Shown piece after piece: positions 60,574 through 64,000 of a stretch of 64,000 bases of DNA. This DNA comes from Bacillota bacterium (lineage in GTDB: Bacteria > Bacillota > Negativicutes > Sporomusales > CTSoil-080). Under the pieces are notes generated by a model. It was not told where the DNA came from, ran no database searches, and worked only from the letters and a program-made list of their open reading frames with translations. The stretch lies in assembly GCA_017889625.1 (NCBI GenBank), contig JAGGAD010000023.1:238-64237 (forward strand). Reading direction: 5' to 3'. The position numbers and the translations under genes are program-made. The first letter of the stretch is position 1. Each line of letters starts with the position of its first letter.

Positions 60574-61704
60574 ATGCTACCAGCAATTGATTTTTTGTAT
60601 TTGAATGAGGAAGATATGATAAAAGCAGGCGTTATGGATATGAAGGGCTGTATCGAAGCGATGGAGGATATGTTAAAGGCGATGAACGTCGGTGACTATG
60701 TGATGGGGGGAGCTAACCACAACTCGCATGGGGTTATGGTTACGTTTCCCGAAAAATCGCCATTTCCGAATATGCCGGTCGACGGACCTGACAGAAGATT
60801 TATGGCGATGCCGGCATATTTGGGGGGCAAATTTGATATGGCGGGGATGAAATGGTACGGGTCCAATGTAGCCAACCGGGGAAAAGGGCTGCCTCGTTCG
60901 ATCCTGATGTTAATGCTCAATGATAAAGATACGGGAGCGCCAAAGGCATTAATGTCAGCCAATATATTAAGTGCTTACCGCACCGGAGCCATACCGGGCG
61001 TAGGGGTCAAGCATCTGGCGATAAAGGATGCTAAGGTTGTCGCAATTGATGGACCGGGGATTATGAATCGAACCGCGTTAAAAGCCTGTCTCTGTGCTCG
61101 TCCAAAGATTGATACGGTTAAAATTCATGGACGGGGGAAGGCATCAATAGATAAATTTATCACTCATGTAAAAGAAAACTATCCGCAGATAAAAACAATA
61201 GAAGTTGCCGATAGCCTTCAAGAAGCAATTAAGGATGCGGATATTATTAGTTCTGCGACATCAGGCACCGTGGGGTCAGCTACTCATCCTTATATAAAAG
61301 AAGAATGGATAAAACCAGGGGCGTTACTTTGTTTGCCGGCTAATATCCGCTTCGATGATGACTTTATTCTTAACCGGGCGAAGAACGTTGTCGATAATAT
61401 AAAACTTTATGAAGCTTGGGCGGAAGAACTGCCGTATCCAGGGTTTGAAATAGTCGGGTTGATCGGGGTGCATTTTATGGATCTAGTCCATGATGGTAAG
61501 ATGGCACCATCGCAAATTGATGATTTAGGCGATATTTTGCTGGGCAAGAAACCTGGTCGTAAGGATGATGAGGAAATAATCATTTATTCTGTTGGCGGAA
61601 TGCCGGTTGAGGATGTTGCTTGGGGGACAATGATTTACCGTAATGCGCTAAAAATGGGTATCGGTCAAAAGTTAAATCTTTGGGATAAACCAGCAATGGC
61701 TTGA
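60574..61704 (+). CDS. Ornithine cyclodeaminase/mu-crystallin family protein (TynB tyramine oxidase subunit B-like)
   Basis: DRRFMAMPAYLGG, KWYGSN, LND..TG.P, LSAYRTGA, G..PGR, GGMPVEDVAWG. Confidence 0.85.
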   Translation: MLPAIDFLYLNEEDMIKAGVMDMKGCIEAMEDMLKAMNVGDYVMGGANHNSHGVMVTFPEKSPFPNMPVDGPDRRFMAMPAYLGGKFDMAGMKWYGSNVANRGKGLPRSILMLMLNDKDTGAPKALMSANILSAYRTGAIPGVGVKHLAIKDAKVVAIDGPGIMNRTALKACLCARPKIDTVKIHGRGKASIDKFITHVKENYPQIKTIEVADSLQEAIKDADIISSATSGTVGSATHPYIKEEWIKPGALLCLPANIRFDDDFILNRAKNVVDNIKLYEAWAEELPYPGFEIVGLIGVHFMDLVHDGKMAPSQIDDLGDILLGKKPGRKDDEEIIIYSVGGMPVEDVAWGTMIYRNALKMGIGQKLNLWDKPAMA

Positions 61705-61726
61705 GTATACGATAGGGAGCGAGCAT

Positions 61727-62065
61727 ATGAACAGCAGAATAAAAGAGCATCCGATCTTAGGTAAAATAGAAAAGGGACGGCGCGTAACGTTTTCGCATGA
61801 TGGTAATATTATTGAAGGTTTTGAGGGTGAGCCGATTTCGGCCGCTCTTAAGGCGGCAGGAGTTATGGTTCACCGCCATACGCAGAAATATGGCGCTCCG
61901 CGCGGCATATTCTGTGCAATTGGCCGTTGTACTGATTGTGTCATGGTTGTTGATGGTAAACCGAATATCCGAACATGCATAACGCCTCTGGCGGAAGGCA
62001 TGATTGTAGAAACCCAGTATGGTGTTTCCGCTAAGAGTACGAACAAAGCGGAGGGAATGGCATGA
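61727..62065 (+). CDS. 2Fe-2S subunit (HcnA/opine or proline dehydrogenase small-subunit-like)
   Basis: GEPI.AAL, RGIFCAIGRCTDC...PNIRTC. Confidence 0.88.
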   Translation: MNSRIKEHPILGKIEKGRRVTFSHDGNIIEGFEGEPISAALKAAGVMVHRHTQKYGAPRGIFCAIGRCTDCVMVVDGKPNIRTCITPLAEGMIVETQYGVSAKSTNKAEGMA

Positions 62066-63651
62066 AAAGATATGATTTGATTGTAGTTGGCGCAGGTCCT
62101 GCCGGCCTTTCCGCAGCGGTTGAAGCCGCAAAATACGGATTAAAAGTGGTTGTTTTTGATGAAAATGCCAATCCAGGCGGACAGCTTTTTAAGCAAGTTC
62201 ATAAGTTCTTTGGTTCTAAAGAGCATAAGGCAAAAATTCGCGGGTTTCGAATTGGCAGTCAATTGCTGGAAGAAGCCAATAATCTTGGGGTTGAGGTCGT
62301 TTTAAATGCTACGGTAGCGGGGCTGTTTCAGGATAAGGAAATAACGGTTCGGATCAAGGATTCGATTCAGCATTATAAAGGTGATGCGATTCTTGTTGCT
62401 ACTGGTGCGGCAGAGAATATGGTTCCGTTTAAGGGTTGGACGCTTCCCGGTGTAATTGGGGCTGGAGCAGCTCAGACGATGATGAATTTACATGGTGTTG
62501 TACCGGGACAAAAGATATTGATGCTCGGGTCGGGAAATGTCGGGCTGGTGGTTAGTTATCAGCTATTGCAAGCTGGCTGTGAAGTAGTAGCGCTGGTTGA
62601 TGCCGCACCAAAAATCGGCGGCTATGGTGTACATGCCGCAAAGCTTGCGCGAACCGGGGTACCGTTCTATTTATCCCATACTATTATTAAGGCTGAGGGT
62701 ACTGATTGTGTGACTGGCGTTACTATTGCTGAAGTAGATAAGACATGGAAAACTATCCCTGGAACAGCGAAGAGCTTAGCAGTAGATACGATTTGCCTGG
62801 CGGTTGGACTTTCGCCGATGGCTCAACTTCTTAAAATGGCGGGTTGTATAATGGAGGATAATCCGAAAAAAGGCGGTCAGGTTCCGGTGTGTAATGCTTA
62901 TGGCGAAACATCGCTGCGGGGAGTTTTTGTGGCAGGCGATGTTTCGGGGGTTGAGGAAGCAAGTTCGGCGATGATTGAGGGGCGTATTGCCGGTATTGCC
63001 GCTGCTGAATATTTGGGATATATCGATAAAGCTGTATTGACCGAAGTGGCTGAGGCTCTTGAAAGTGCCTTGAGCAGTCTGCGGCAAGGCATGTTTGCTG
63101 TGGAAAACAGGGGTAAAAATATTGAGAAGACGGATGAGGGGTATGTGGTTTCCCAGCATCTTTTGAAAAAAGGATATTTTCAAGATGCTGAAGTCGAGAA
63201 ATATCCAGGAGTCACGCGGCAGCCTGGGGTTCATGCTGTGATCGAGTGTTCGCAGAATATACCGTGTAATCCTTGCCAGGATGCGTGTCCAAGGCATTGT
63301 ATTAAGATTGGCGACAAGATTACCTCTTTGCCGGTTGTCGATGAGACGGCAAATTGCAGTGGCTGTGGTATGTGTGTGGCGGCTTGTTCTGGGCAGGCGA
63401 TATTCTTGGTGAATGAAGGCTATGAGGCTGGGTACGCAAGTATAACAATTCCTTATGAATTTTTGCCGCTGCCAGGAGAAGGTGATCGTGGTTGGGCCTT
63501 GGATCGCGGGGGTTCAAAAGTTTGTGCGGCTGAGGTTGTGAAGGTGCAGACTGCACCAGTTTTTGATCATACCAGTTTGTTGACAATAAAAGTACCTGTT
63601 GCGATGGCAATGAAGGCACGATTCTTCAAGGAGGACAATTGTCATGCATAA
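62062..63651 (+). CDS. FAD-dependent oxidoreductase subunit (HcnB/OoxA-like) fused to a 2x[4Fe-4S] ferredoxin domain
   Basis: GAGPAG, ATGA.E, GWTLPGV, GSGNVG, AGD; C..IPCNPC..ACP and CSGCGMCVAAC. Confidence 0.88.
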   Translation: MKRYDLIVVGAGPAGLSAAVEAAKYGLKVVVFDENANPGGQLFKQVHKFFGSKEHKAKIRGFRIGSQLLEEANNLGVEVVLNATVAGLFQDKEITVRIKDSIQHYKGDAILVATGAAENMVPFKGWTLPGVIGAGAAQTMMNLHGVVPGQKILMLGSGNVGLVVSYQLLQAGCEVVALVDAAPKIGGYGVHAAKLARTGVPFYLSHTIIKAEGTDCVTGVTIAEVDKTWKTIPGTAKSLAVDTICLAVGLSPMAQLLKMAGCIMEDNPKKGGQVPVCNAYGETSLRGVFVAGDVSGVEEASSAMIEGRIAGIAAAEYLGYIDKAVLTEVAEALESALSSLRQGMFAVENRGKNIEKTDEGYVVSQHLLKKGYFQDAEVEKYPGVTRQPGVHAVIECSQNIPCNPCQDACPRHCIKIGDKITSLPVVDETANCSGCGMCVAACSGQAIFLVNEGYEAGYASITIPYEFLPLPGEGDRGWALDRGGSKVCAAEVVKVQTAPVFDHTSLLTIKVPVAMAMKARFFKEDNCHA

Positions 63652-63979
63652 TGTTAATAATCGATCACGCGATATTGGTGAATTTGTTCCGGCTGAGGAT
63701 GATGAGTTGTTAATCTGCCGTTGCGAGGAGATTACTAAGGGTGAGATCCGGCGGGCTATTCATGACGGAATGTTTACTCTGACGGAAATAAGACGGTATC
63801 TGCGTACTGGTATGGGACTTTGCCAAGGCCAGACCTGCGGCAAGTTGGTAAAGGAAATCGCGGCAAGAGAGCTGGGGTTAGTTTTAAGTGAGTTGGGAAA
63901 TGCATCTTCTCGGGTGCCGATGCGTCCGATCGAAATGAAGGTATTTGGCAATGAAAAGGAGCCGGGAGAAAATGCATAA
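63644..63979 (+). CDS. BFD-like [2Fe-2S] subunit
   Basis: ICRCEEIT, R.GMGLCQGQTC, R.P.RP. Confidence 0.88.
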   Translation: MHNVNNRSRDIGEFVPAEDDELLICRCEEITKGEIRRAIHDGMFTLTEIRRYLRTGMGLCQGQTCGKLVKEIAARELGLVLSELGNASSRVPMRPIEMKVFGNEKEPGENA

Positions 63980-64000
63980 ATGTACAGAGGTTATAATTAT
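63972..64000 (+). CDS. Start of a probable FAD-dependent (DAO/HcnC-like) subunit, truncated by the window edge
   Basis: SD AAGGAG, ATG overlapping the previous stop; MHKCTEVII resembles the beta strand before GxGxxG; only 9 codons visible. Confidence 0.45.

Noticed and set aside
61727-63979. Hydrogen cyanide synthase or sarcosine oxidase
   Set aside because: Shared folds only; the context (permease, OCD-like protein, GDH, Rid) is catabolic and no folate-binding subunit is visible
1-64000. CRISPR arrays, tRNA/rRNA genes, intact prophage or transposase
   Set aside because: No regularly spaced repeats, cloverleaf signatures or intact mobile genes were seen by eye

Overview
A 64-kb chromosomal segment, most likely from a spore-forming diderm Firmicute (Negativicutes, Sporomusaceae-like). 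This assignment is inferred from a TolC/RND tripartite pump occurring together with Firmicute-type GGAGG ribosome binding sites, Spo0A boxes and sporulation-type small proteins. Content in order: small unannotated ORFs; a PatA-like aminotransferase with an SRPBCC protein; htpX; a DUF347 protein with a two-component system; three MCPs; a glycosyltransferase-TetR-phospholipid methyltransferase unit; duplicated TetRs with an RND pump; a Dpp/Opp ABC transporter with a dipeptide epimerase and a transglutaminase-like protein; a HAD phosphatase/class-III aminotransferase/hydrolase/DMT operon; phosphoketolase; IS scars; a broken alcohol dehydrogenase; and, running off the right end, a GDH-RidA-APC-OCD/TynB-like-Fe-S/flavoprotein catabolic cluster. 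The strongest unannotated signal is a set of ANTAR-type hairpins (6-nt loop, A1/G4) overlapping intrinsic terminators. They sit in front of genes of that catabolic cluster and in front of the dpp operon, which suggests an RNA-antitermination regulon for nitrogen/amine scavenging. No rRNA, tRNA or CRISPR array was seen. All calls come from reading motifs by eye; no searches or folding were run.
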